Below are positions 53,240 to 64,000 of a stretch of 64,000 nt of DNA, in pieces. Under the pieces are notes generated by a model. It was not told the DNA's origin. It ran no database searches and saw nothing but the letters and a program-made list of their open reading frames with translations. The position numbers were made by a program, and so were the translations under genes. The DNA is taken from the NCBI GenBank assembly GCA_029953675.1, contig JAMWBK010000005.1:2232001-2296000 (forward strand), given 5' to 3'. Source of the stretch: Rhodosorus marinus CCMP1338 (lineage: Eukaryota; Plantae; Rhodophyta). Every line of letters starts with the position of its first letter. Position 1 is the first letter of the stretch.

Positions 53240-53640
53240 TAGGATATGTGTAGCTGACGATTTCATGTGAAAAGCAATGTGTCCTGCGAGATCGATCATA
53301 GTCCTCCAATAGGAGTCACCGACCAATTGATGGGCTTACCAAAAATTTCATACCAATAATTGCTCAACACGCGTCAAACAATCTCCATGGCTAATGATCT
53401 CCTCACAACGAATTGGCAGTCTGTTTTTCTAGTTTTCGTTGATTTTTGGAGGACCAGAGCTTCCCGTTGGGCAGTCGCAAACGTACGACGCGTGGCTAGC
53501 ATTAATTAGCTGTCATATAAACTATATTGGTAATAAATAAGGATTTACTTAACGAAGCTTGTTCTGTTGGTCCAATGCGAGAATGCTCCATTAAATCTTA
53601 TAGAAATATTAAAAATATCTTAAGTTGATTTTGTAATGAA
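53240..53640. promoter_or_regulatory. AT-rich divergent promoter core between Lhcr (-) and the 54329 gene (+)
   Basis: AT-rich region with several CCAAT/ATTGG motifs; base skew inverts across it. Confidence 0.4.
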
Positions 53641-54328
53641 TGAACAAAAACCATTCTACAGCGAAAAAATATCATACTTTCTGCACGAGCACCACCACCC
53701 AAAAGAACAGAAGAAAAATTTCGTTCTGGGGCTTATTTTTGAAATACACAAAAACTACGCTCTGCTTTTCAACAATTTTGATTGTATTAGTCAAAAGAGG
53801 CATCCTGCAGACCAAAGCCAGTCGAGATGTGGAGACGTTTATGATGGCACCCCCCTTGAGACGAGTCGACGGTTGTAGGTTTCTAAGCAAACGCAATTTT
53901 TAGGGGCAACCTACTATTGTTTTTCGTTTAATACAGGTTTTCTTGAATAATTAGCATGGTTATTGTGAATACGACGTTCGCACGGGTTAGCTTAAGAATT
54001 TTGAAGGAGGGGTTAAATCGAGGAATGTTCGAACGGATATTGAGTCAGGATAGCAATCCTAACAGCCCCTTGTTGCTTCTTACTTTTCCAATGGATTGCT
54101 GCAGGGCTGGTTTGATGACAGGCCTTGATCCTGATGGCTTCGGGTAAGGGTTTGGGGTTTGGGAGGGGGGGGTGTGGGGTGGAGAGGGTGAATATGCGGG
54201 TTTGGTTTGCACTGGGTGAGAAGGTAGTTGGTTAAGGAAGGGGATCGGAAAGGCTGAGGTTGTTTGATAAGGAGAGTTTTTTATCCTTTTGTTTTGCTTT
54301 ATTGCGAGCCTTGAAAACAAACAGGAAG

Positions 54329-55068
54329 ATGGCATCGATTGCAAGTGGAGTAGCGGTTTCCGCGGGTAAGTTTTAGCACGATCTGAAGTCCTTTGGTTGG
54401 GATCACGATTGTTAACCTTGGAAGCGGTTGTTCTTCTTGTGTGTTCTTTTTGTTGGTTTTGTGTGGAAAGGAACGTTCGTTCTGGCGGGTGCTAGTGTAA
54501 GCTTGACTAGGCCTCATGAAGAGGTCCATGTTATCACGCAGATGCCCTCGCTGCAGGAGAGAATTAAAGTTCTTTTCGGAAGATTTGTAAGTGTCATTTA
54601 TCTTGCTGGCCACTGGTCTTTTCGTAATTGGTTCTTCGTCTCTGACGGTATGACTATCTTTAAAAAAATCTTTTCGGGAACGCAGAAGTCGGCCTCCAAC
54701 GAATCTAGCTCCGAAACACCGGCGGCGATGCCCACCAAGCAATATGTCGAAGTTGAGGCGCCCAAGACATCGAACGTAAGTTATTTTCTGCAGGCAAGTG
54801 CTGGTTATGATAACGACCTTACTTTGCTAAAAAGTGAAGTCTGTCATGCGGATGGACAGATCGGTGGAGACGATGGAGGGGCTGCCCCACCAACTCCGTT
54901 CGAGAAGTTCAGATTCCGTCCGTCGAAGCTGCCAGGCCCACCGAAGCCGTATGACCCGAACACAGCCATTTAGAGTTCCTAGGGTATGCTAACCTGCGTG
55001 AGGGGATGTCTATACACAGCAGGGCGTTTTTACGAGATCCTGCAATTCGTTCTCCAGCGCAGAAATAA
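54329..55068 (+). CDS. Hypothetical five-exon protein of about 125 aa with a hydrophobic N-terminus and Pro-rich C-terminus
   Basis: Four GT-AG introns join to MASIASGVAVSAGTFVLAGASVSLTRPHEE...VLFGRFKSAS...PKTSNIGGDDGG...KLPGPPKPRAFLRDPAIRSPAQK*. The last intron has a GCTAAC branch point. No family recognised. Confidence 0.6.
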
Positions 55069-56782
55069 AAACCAGACAGACTCAAACCTATCCTTCTCGG
55101 GGCCAGCGAGTACGGGTTTGCGCGGTATGTGGGTGTGGTAGTGGGCATCCCAGATGCCTTTCGGGAGTACCGGATTCTCAAAAGTCAAAATGGAAGGAAC
55201 TTATTATGCCTATGTCTTACGCAACATTCTTTCCAGAGCGATCTGGTCCGCCCTTCCGGCGGCCTTCTTCGGCACTGCCAGCCTTTTTGCCAAGTGCGCA
55301 ATGAGAGTGAACGTCCTACGTATCCTAGCGACTTAACACACGCGAATCTTAGAGCCGTCCGCTTGTATCCACTTCGTCATCTGGACGGTCCGTATTTTAC
55401 CGCCTTGCTCCCGAAAAGCCGTTCGCATGCCGGTACTACTCTGATGGCATCCGGGATGCCAATGCACTTAGCACGCCACTATGTGTGAGAGTACTAAATA
55501 CATTTATGGTAAACCAATTAGATGTTCTGAAACTTCTCTGATACCCAGCTATTCGGAAAGTTATGATTCCCAGAATACTTGGATTCAACGATGGGACCCT
55601 GCTGAGTGAACATTACAACAGCTCGTTCGCGGTTATTCCAAGGTACGGAAAAATTTGTGTGCAAGAGCCATGCGTCAAGGTCCACTTGCGTGTTCCAACC
55701 AATCCTCGAGAAAGTAAGAGTTTGGGCGGGGGCTTGAGTCCTCCAGTCGGAACTAGTTTTATTGGTTCAGAATCTAAAAGCCTCAGCATGATGGAGGAGA
55801 ACTCAAATTCATGCCAATCCATCTTTGGAGACTGTCCTGCGGAACTCTCCTCTCTATCCTCTCCGCGTAAGTGCATCTGCTTGCGCAGCGCTTTGGAACA
55901 TCAGTTTCTGTCATCCTTCAAGCTTACGGCGGAATCGTTAGGGACTCGGCAGTCTCAAAGGAGTTTGAACCGTGCATGTTCATGGCTAGGACAAGTCAAG
56001 CACTAGCTCAAGTGTCAATGGACACGCACGACGTTCCTCACTTGCGGCGCAGTTTGCTACTACAGTCTGGGAAGGTGGAGAAATCAAAATTATTTCTAAT
56101 AATTAGACACAAGTATCATATTAGATTTGATTGGACTATTCGAGGAACGAGTATATGTTTGATTTAATAATTGTAATATTTCCTACAGACTTTCGAACAA
56201 CTCTGAAAAGACCATGCTTACTTTACTGGAAGCTTGGGAACGCTGGAAGACATCGACAGCGTTGGCTTTTGTAGCGGAAGCCTCAGCATCAAACTGCTGT
56301 ACAAAAACTTTTTTGGGAGCAGAGTTTTGATAGTCTGGTTGTTACGGTTGAAGGCGTTTCTATTCTGCTCGGAGTTCTTCTTCTGTTCCTCAGCGTCAGC
56401 CTCGGATGACAGAGGTATGATATATCCATCGTCTGTGGCGCTCTGTTTCGGGTTTCGTCCAATCGAAGATGTCTCCCAAGCTACCCAGTCTTGGAAAACT
56501 TCCTGGTCTAGAGTTTGACAATGAAAATGGCAGGTACGTCCGTGATGGAGCAGCGTCATAAACCACCGCGGAGTCCAATTTTTGAAATGAGGATAACGTC
56601 GTTCACCCTTCAGGTACTATCCTAGCGGATACGCACAAAAAAGGGATACTTCTAACTACACAGAGCCCCATGCAACCGGCTCAAATAACGCAGACGGGAT
56701 TTTTCGGACCATACTTCAGCACGAGACGGGCCAAACACGGAGGACCAGGGACTTACAAACCTCGGCATGGACAGACATACAC

Positions 56783-57949
56783 ATGCGAAACGTGCGCGAG
56801 GATCATCTAATCTCCTTCCAAAGCCACTTGCGTTTTTCTATAAACGAGGAGGGCTGCTTTCCGGCCGAACTACCATGTCCTTCAAGGGTATCAACCGGAG
56901 AACAGGTAAGGATCTCAGGTGGTTACTCGCCACGCTCATGTCCATTGAACTGGATCGAGTCCTGAGACACCGAACACTGTTTGCCTTAGACGTGCTTCCA
57001 ACTTTCCAGCATTGAGAAGAGCGGTTCTTTGCCACAGAGCGTTGCTGTTGAGCAAAGTGCAGGGTTTTATCCAGACCAAGTAGAATGGTTCGATCGCGGA
57101 AGGAGCTCCGACTTGTTCGTGGTAGTTGGGATGGATACCCGGGGGGGGAATGTCAGCTATATGGCTAGAGTGGAAGATCGTCAGTCGTTTCGAGTCCCCG
57201 CGAAGGAGGTATTGATGTTCAACACCCGGTCCAATACCATCGCATCTGTGTCAGCAACGTCCTCGGGCTCATCAGCTCCGTACGTTGCATTCTCTAAAGG
57301 TAGTTCCGTCCTCCTCTACAACGTTGGCGAAAGTAGGATGGAGAAGAGTGAAACCCTGCTCACTCATAAGGAAGCGAAAGTTTCCTCTCTTTCCACCACC
57401 TGCGATTCCGTACTGTATGGAACGAGCAATGGCTCGTTGGTCTTGGTTGACAGACGGCAGCCAGAGCGACCGGCGATGAGCTACAGGTCGAGCTATCGAC
57501 ACGAGGACATCAACCCGACTGACAATGGAGTTGTACTGAGCTCCATTTTCCTCGCCAGTTCCTCCAATCGACAGCGCCACCGAAGACGCTCCAAGTGGCG
57601 AAAAGTTGAGGGTTCCAAGGAGGAAGTCCACCCTGGTCAACTTTCCTTGGTGGACCTAAGGATGTTCAGCCGAGGTAATGTCCTTGTGTTCAAAGGGCAT
57701 AAGAATAGTCACCGAAGGTTCTGTTCGTGGTGGTCGCCGTCGGGATTAGCGCCGCTGCTCTGCGGGGGGGATGATATGGGAGTACGTGCTTGGGAAATGA
57801 ATTCGTCGAACACACAGCCTGTGGGTAGATACCAGACAACCGAAGAATCCGGCTATTATCCGTTGAAAGTTGGCTTTGCACAAGGTAGGATTTGGACTAT
57901 GTCACAACATGCGATTCGTACGATATCGCCGATGGAATCGATCCATTGA
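56783..57949 (+). CDS. WD40 beta-propeller protein, DCAF4/WDR21-like; 5' exon uncertain
   Basis: 306-codon ORF with VSSL...LYGTSNGSLVLVDRR, LSLVDLR..FKGHKNSH, LLCGGDDMGVRAW (WDxR-like motifs). A phase-0 donor upstream fits an acceptor at about 56990. Confidence 0.6.
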
Positions 57950-58482
57950 TGAAATGGACAGAAGTGCTCGCAGTAAATAGAAAAGGATGCGTCGCCGCGT
58001 TCCTGGCCCAGGATCTTCGGAACGGCGCAAGTGACCAAGCCGGCCAGTAGCCAGGGAGAATCCCACCCCCTGAACAGTGGTACGATGGGCTTCATATCCC
58101 CGCGTAGACGTTAGCGTATCCACTGGATCTAGAGAATACCGAGACCTTGAAGAACGGGAGACTTATGCCTACGATTGGACTATCTTGAAGAACCTCTTAA
58201 GAGAGGGCTCTGAAGAATTTTTGCGAGCTCGCAGATTTCTACTATAGGAAGATTAATTTTTATTTAGGAAGGAAAAGATAGCTAGTTAAAGAGGGGCCAT
58301 TGTAGTTCGGGCAAGGAAGCCATGAGCACACCGTCTTTCTCAGCCCTTGCTCAAAACTTGTTTCAAATCGCTCCAGGCGTGCCTTTAGAAGCTCGGCGAG
58401 AGCGTGTTTGACTGCGGATTGATCACATCCATCGTCTCTTCGTTTCCACATGCCACTACAAAAATAAGGATATTAACGGTAC

Positions 58483-59412
58483 TTACTTGTCCTTCTCTGT
58501 CTCCTCCTCCACGGGACTTTCCGCGACGATTGGCGCTGTGGCAACCGGCGTCGCCGCACCGGGTACGACAGGGGGAGCAGCAGATGAGACCTCGCTGGAG
58601 GCACTCTCAGACCCTCGCTTCGGAGAAAAGTCAGTCTGCTCGAGAGTGAACTTCGCCACCTTGTGAACAGTCTCTGCTCCTGCCCAACGGTAATTTTCAG
58701 ACAGTTCACATACGTACCGCGTGAGCCCAAGGCCGAACACCTTCACCATGTTGAATGCAGGAGTGAGATATTCTTTAGCAGTCTTAGGAGAACGGAAATC
58801 GACCTCATGTCCTCGCAGCGTGCTCTTCTTCAGGAGGAAACTATAAGCGCTGTTCACAACATGCGCTGAGACCCCCAGTGTTCGCTTTAACAACGTTGGC
58901 TCCGCAGGCTGCTCGACGTTCACCATCTCGTCTGTAGCTTCCGGTAATTTGCTCTTCACTTGCTCATCCGTGAAGTTGAGGACTCTCATTGAGTAGGTGA
59001 AGAGCAGGGTTGTGATTGACGTGAAGAAAGCCTTGCCAGCGGCCTTGACGTTCTTAAATTCCTCCGTCTCGCTTTCTTCGACGACGGCAGATTTCACCTT
59101 CTCATAAGGAGCTGTCAGGTTTTCATTAATCGCACCATCACCAGCTTTCACAATACCTTCATACCCTTTCGCAACTGATTCCCCAAGTTGGGAAATCCTC
59201 CTCTCAGCACTCTCCAGCGTCGTTGCCGCATTTGGATACTCCTGCTTCAACTGCACATACTTGTCCTGAGCTACTTTCAAATGAGGCTCGACCCTGGGCG
59301 CTACAACCTCCTGCACCTTGCTTCGGACCCTGATCCCTGTGCTTTCAATCGGCCCCGCCGTCTGAGTCGTCGTGTCCATCTTTGTTGTAATACTCGTCTT
59401 CAGCTGATCCAC
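58483..59412 (-). CDS. 309-aa protein with perilipin (PAT)-like motifs; candidate lipid-droplet protein
   Basis: Long clean ORF with amphipathic A/V/T/E/K-rich composition. Motif blocks YxxxKxxYPxxxxxxExAE, LxxTDxxVxxxLP and PxxxxRxxxxSxxxxxxAY. The ORF is confident; the family call was made by eye. Confidence 0.7.
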   Translation of the reverse strand: MDQLKTSITTKMDTTTQTAGPIESTGIRVRSKVQEVVAPRVEPHLKVAQDKYVQLKQEYPNAATTLESAERRISQLGESVAKGYEGIVKAGDGAINENLTAPYEKVKSAVVEESETEEFKNVKAAGKAFFTSITTLLFTYSMRVLNFTDEQVKSKLPEATDEMVNVEQPAEPTLLKRTLGVSAHVVNSAYSFLLKKSTLRGHEVDFRSPKTAKEYLTPAFNMVKVFGLGLTRYVCELSENYRWAGAETVHKVAKFTLEQTDFSPKRGSESASSEVSSAAPPVVPGAATPVATAPIVAESPVEEETEKDK

Positions 59413-61217
59413 AAAATTTCTTCACAACGCATAAAATACTCTCATACTCGCTTACAGTACCTTCGCTCTACTCCCGCTCGCTTCCGCTACAACGCCACTG
59501 TTTAAGTACTCTCCGGTGGTGTGCCAGTGACTCCAACTGAAAACCAAGGCGTCATACATCACTAAACATGTCCTGAAAGACAAAATAAAATCCGCAATTG
59601 ACAAAATAATTTCAGCTCTTATCAATATTTGCTACGAATCAGGCCTACAATAATCCATAAAACAAGTTGTCATCGGCTGAAACTCTTGACCCCTGTTGTG
59701 GACCTCAAATAGTTCATGGCTCTGTACTTTGCCCATGCTTTAATCAATTAGTCGAAATTATATGCGATTATTTTCAAAAACCATGAGAGTCTTGAATACT
59801 AGTATCGCTCAGTCAGCAGCCCCTCAACTTCCTAGCCAAAATGCCCTCAGATATTGGCCCTCTAGTATTGACTTATATTTTACTTAGACCACATTTTAAA
59901 GCAAAAAGGGGAAAAATAATGGAAGGTTCTATTCGTCGAAAGAAAAAATAAGGCCACGTCCACTGGTTATGTAGATAAAATATTAATAATACAATAAATT
60001 TTCGTTAAGACACTTGTCCAACTAGTGACCGTCTCAGTCATTAATAAATATATTTGTATTCTAGAATTTTATTCAAGGGTCGAGAATCCATCAAAAATAG
60101 ATTCAATCAGTATGACACCTGATTTTAATGTTTAGTGTAAATATTAAGTGGCTCGTTTCTATTTTTATGAAAGATTATATATCGTAGGCCAATAAAATCC
60201 GTATGAGGCGTTTTATGATTGACTACTAATTTTTTTGATTTATTAGTTCCAATAGCTTACAGTCACCATCACTGTTTTTGTGTTCACGGCGATTAGTGAG
60301 TGAGTGGGTTTCCTTTTCGCGCTCCAATCCCGGGCGAGGACTGAATTTTGCTCGTGAAGAACAAACTAATTGCAAACGCACTGAAAAACTGTCTTCTACA
60401 ATTCTCTCCGGAATCCCGCCGACGGGGGGGCGGAGGGTAGAAGGAAACTTCCCGACTGTAAACAAAACTACTGTGGGCGAACGCCTCGCCGGCTAGAGCT
60501 GGTCGTCCTTCACCGGCAGCTGCTCGTCGCTCAGTGGGATTCCGCTATCCATCAACTCTGTATTAGATGACGATGAGTGGTTTTCTGTTTCCCTTTTCCT
60601 TCGTCAAGACCTCTAGAAGGTCCATTCCGATCTTTGTTGGGAAGGGGGAACAAGCTTTCCACGCGGGTTAGATCACTAAGCTTGCGCCAGCGATCGATTG
60701 GGAACCGGAGAATTGGCGTTTCAACGATTTCAGAAGTCGGCGGGCGGCTGCTTGCGGTATGTTAGTCTGGGATACCCCTACCACGACGTCCGAATTACCC
60801 AAGGTCTCCGTTCTTGTCCACGCCATTGTGCTATTTTTCTAGCGGGAGCCCTCAGCCTCCAGGAGGAATAGAAGCAGAGTCGCAGAAAACGGACACAATT
60901 TGAACACGTCGCAAAGCAGTAGTCGAATCTACACACCTTTGCTAGTCGTGATCTGTGACGCAACCGATTCGTCACGACTTCGTTATCAATTTAAGCACGT
61001 CTGTTCTGCTCGCGCTGGCCTCGCTAGAAGGGAAGGGGAAGGGACAGGCCCAGCCGACAACATGTTTGCTCTTCTAGGACAAACTTGAAGCTTGGAGGTT
61101 TGCAGTTGGCTTGTACGCGCCATCGCGGATTATTTCGATCGTGACCCCAGGAGAAGGCACGTCTTCCAACTTTCCTATTGTGCCTCTTTAACAAAGATGA
61201 GTAGATGTAATGGTTCG

Positions 61218-62486
61218 CTATTGTCGAATCTCTCCTGCGTAGACAAGTTCTGCGGGTCCAGTCATGTACATGTGGTTGTCCTCGCTCCATTCGATGTCGA
61301 GTCTTCCACCCGGGAGATTGACTGCAACCTCGCGACCCGTTCTTCCCTGTTGTGTGCAGAAAACGTTACAAGGAAGGGATAAAGGACTTCAGTATCGAGA
61401 ACCCCAGCCCGGTACATTGTGAGTGTCTCGTTACCGTTAATGAGCAAGCTACGACCGACGCGCAAGCTCCAGTTCCACACGCGAGAGTTCTCCCAGCGCC
61501 CCTATCAAATTAAGGAACCGTGTACGCCCTGTTAACGACCTTAAGCAGTAATCGAATGCCGAGCGAAGCACAGTTGTATTGTACTTCGCGATTGAGACGA
61601 CCCTACCTTTCCCACACCAGGAAGTCGATCTCCTCTGGGCTCTTCACATATATAAATTCAGTATTCGTTCTGGCAGGAAAAGTCTCGTGGTTCTCGTAAA
61701 GCGGCCCAACGGCTTCCAAGTTTTCATCCAGAGCTTTGAACTGCTCTTCATCTACAAACACCACTGCGTGAGGGTTTCCGGTACCAATGGGCACAACCTG
61801 CCAATCGATGCCGTTCACGTTATAGGCGGCTTCCTTTGTGTCCGGGTTTGGTGTCAACAAGCTTGGGATTTTTGCCGGATTCAACTCTGGTTCTCCCATG
61901 TCCACTCTCACCTTGATTTGCAAGAACGTCAAGTCAACATAGACGTAGTGGAGAGGGAAGATTTCCTTGGAGCAACCTACCATATCTCCGGCAATCTCAG
62001 GGACGATAAGCCCGGCTAAGGTATCAATCTTGTACACAGTCTTCTCACTGTCCAAAACCTCACGCGCAAAACGAGCCAGGCATCTGATACCATTGCCACA
62101 CATCTCGGGCTCTGAACCATCCGAGTTGTAGATTCTCATGGAAAAGTCCGAATCATCATTGACCGGTGGCATCATAAAGATTACACCTTCTCAGCCAAGA
62201 TCAGACACAGAACCGTAAGAATCTTGCACCCAAATCACTAAAGCATAGTCGCAAGCCAATACTTACCATCTGCCCCAACCCCGAAATGACGATCACAGAC
62301 CTTCACCGACTCGTCGGCGGTCAGCAGAGTATCTGAGGACTTCATATTATCCACCAAAATAAAATCATTCCCTATCCCATGGTACTTCTGGAACTCAACA
62401 CCCATCCTAACCCTTTCAGAAACAGCCCTTCTCCTCTGCACCCGCCTCCCTGCTCCTCCACTCAAGGCGACAAACCCCACATCCAT
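61218..62486 (-). CDS. dapF: Diaminopimelate epimerase, plastid-targeted, five exons
   Basis: [93 protein letters not shown]. Confidence 0.96.
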
Positions 62487-63545
62487 CACGTCCTCTCAAT
62501 CCAACAAACAGAATGATCACCGAAAAATAGAAAGCCAAATTTTTAACTCAGACTCCAATCCTTAAAATTTTTCCCTCTCAACTCATTTGTAAACGTCCAC
62601 CAAATATATCATCTCCTAGCTCTCCGGTACCGCTTCTGAACGCAGCCTGCTCGGCCTTCAGCGCCTCCACATCTTATCAGCATGGAAGCTGACCTCGAAA
62701 CCTCCCTCGCCCTCCACTGGGTTAAAGAAAAACCTCGACTATTTCTAGACGATCAAAATCATCTTTATTTTTCTAAAACAGAAACTTCGATGAAATATGA
62801 ATATTCTTTTTTTGCGGAGTGAACGCAAATTCTCATGAATAGTCTTGATTAAAGACAATAGTATCTATTTCTAGATAGACACCAATTATTTAGGTTGGTT
62901 CGATGAAAAGTTGGCGCTGCTGCAAAATAATCAAAAAAGTTTGCCAATATCTGGGGAATTGTCTTATAGGTGTGTCTATTTCTAGGGAGTCACTCCGGCT
63001 GACTTCGGCCGTGGCAGTTTGATGAAGTACGGCGAGAAGGTCGTCGTACGAAGAGGCAAGCTTCTGCGCGAAGTTCTGGAGTATTGCTCATACATCTCAA
63101 ACCGTTTGTTCGTGTCATGGAAAGCCAAAATGGCAGATGCCCCAGCCTGAGAAGGTCCTGCCGTCCACCAGCCCCGCGGAGCAGGAGATTTCAAACGATG
63201 ATCCCTCATGTTTCAGAGTGTTTCTTGGCCTCTAGTGCCTCGATTACACAAGTCAACCTCTTCAACAGCTACTTGATTCGTACAACCGGCACCCGCCCCG
63301 TGATCCTGAACTGAATGAGTCCGCGGATGTGGAACCCTTCTCAATTCTGGCAAGACTCCCGATGACTTTAGTATCAGCAACTTCACGCATCATGCATTTT
63401 TACAGGACTAACTGTCCCCATATGCTCATCAGTTCATCAGTTCATCCTTTCCGAGCAATGTGGTCGACGATAACGACCTCGAAGCAAGAGCACCCGTGCT
63501 GATCGGGAGGCTAGGAGTAGTCGTCTATCGAATGATGTGGACTGG

Positions 63546-64000
63546 ATGGCCTTTACAAGCTCAGGCGTGTGGGTCCGTCCAATTCTTCACCGCAAGAGGC
63601 AGATTGCGGTAAGAAACTATCTGGCAGAGTCCAAACCGGAGGAGTTGGACGCAGACGTTGCCTTGCAGGTTAATGATTTGAGCCTGGCGTGGTCGAGCGG
63701 GAGGCCTGTCCTAAAGGGTATACAATACTCACTTAGTTTACGTTTTGTTTATTTGGATTCAAGTCTGACCCTCTTTACTTGTACTTTCCCAAAAGGTATC
63801 TCGTTCAGCGTCCCAAAGGGTCAGGTGTGCATGGTTGTAGGCCCGAATGGATGCGGCAAGTCGACTCTGTTGAGACTGCTACATGGACTGACGTACGCAG
63901 ATAGCGGTAAAATCAACATTCGATCCCCCGTTGGATTTGTTTTCCAGGATCCGTCTGTTCAGGTTAGTGAACGAGACAGTATCTGCGACCGGAGACGCTA
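63546..64000 (+). CDS. EcfA/CbiO-type ABC ATPase (ABCI10-like), plastid-targeted, truncated at the window end
   Basis: MAFTSSG transit-like start; LQVNDLSLAWSSGRPVLKG|ISFSVPKGQVCMVVGPNGCGKSTLLRLL (Walker A); VGFVFQDP (Q-loop). Confidence 0.85.
   Translation, partial: MAFTSSGVWVRPILHRKRQIAVRNYLAESKPEELDADVALQVNDLSLAWSSGRPVLKGIQYSLSLRFVYLDSSLTLFTCTFPKGISFSVPKGQVCMVVGPNGCGKSTLLRLLHGLTYADSGKINIRSPVGFVFQDPSVQVSERDSICDRRR

Noticed and set aside
55154-55340. MPMSYATF resembles the phycoerythrin gamma subunit
   Set aside because: Lies downstream of the modelled stop at 55068 and lacks the chromophore-binding Cys pattern; likely chance.
55563-56578. Several 60-147 aa ORFs on both strands
   Set aside because: No recognisable motif or coherent exon chain, so not called as a gene.
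60496-61000. Short protein-like frames on the minus strand downstream of dapF
   Set aside because: Three different frames look equally plausible, all short, with no consistent splice model.

Overview
Gene-dense, intron-containing eukaryotic nuclear DNA, most likely from a unicellular red alga. Evidence: an Lhcr-type antenna gene, plastid-targeted DapF, RlmH and EcfA-like genes, and mostly 60-160 nt GT-AG introns. About 20 protein-coding genes can be modelled by hand: RagA/Gtr1, RPL23A, bacterial-type QueD, CCDC90/DUF1640, RlmH, two divergent paralogous coiled-coil genes, a short bZIP, PrxQ/BCP, CWF19L2, WrbA-like flavodoxin, a 12.6 kb BEACH gene, PRP16/DHX38, Lhcr, DCAF4-like WD40, DapF, an EcfA-type ABC ATPase and hypotheticals. 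A complete U2 snRNA gene is also present. No rRNA, tRNA, CRISPR array or intact mobile element was found. Most interesting: (1) a 309-aa ORF with three motif blocks spaced exactly as in perilipins, a lipid-droplet family I know from animals, fungi and amoebae but not from algae or plants; (2) an intronless bacterial-type QueD; (3) head-to-head coiled-coil paralogues with conserved exon structure, one with a 99-bp repeat expansion; (4) U2 snRNA tail-to-tail with PRP16. All exon models and similarities were judged by eye and from memory; no database search or folding program was run.
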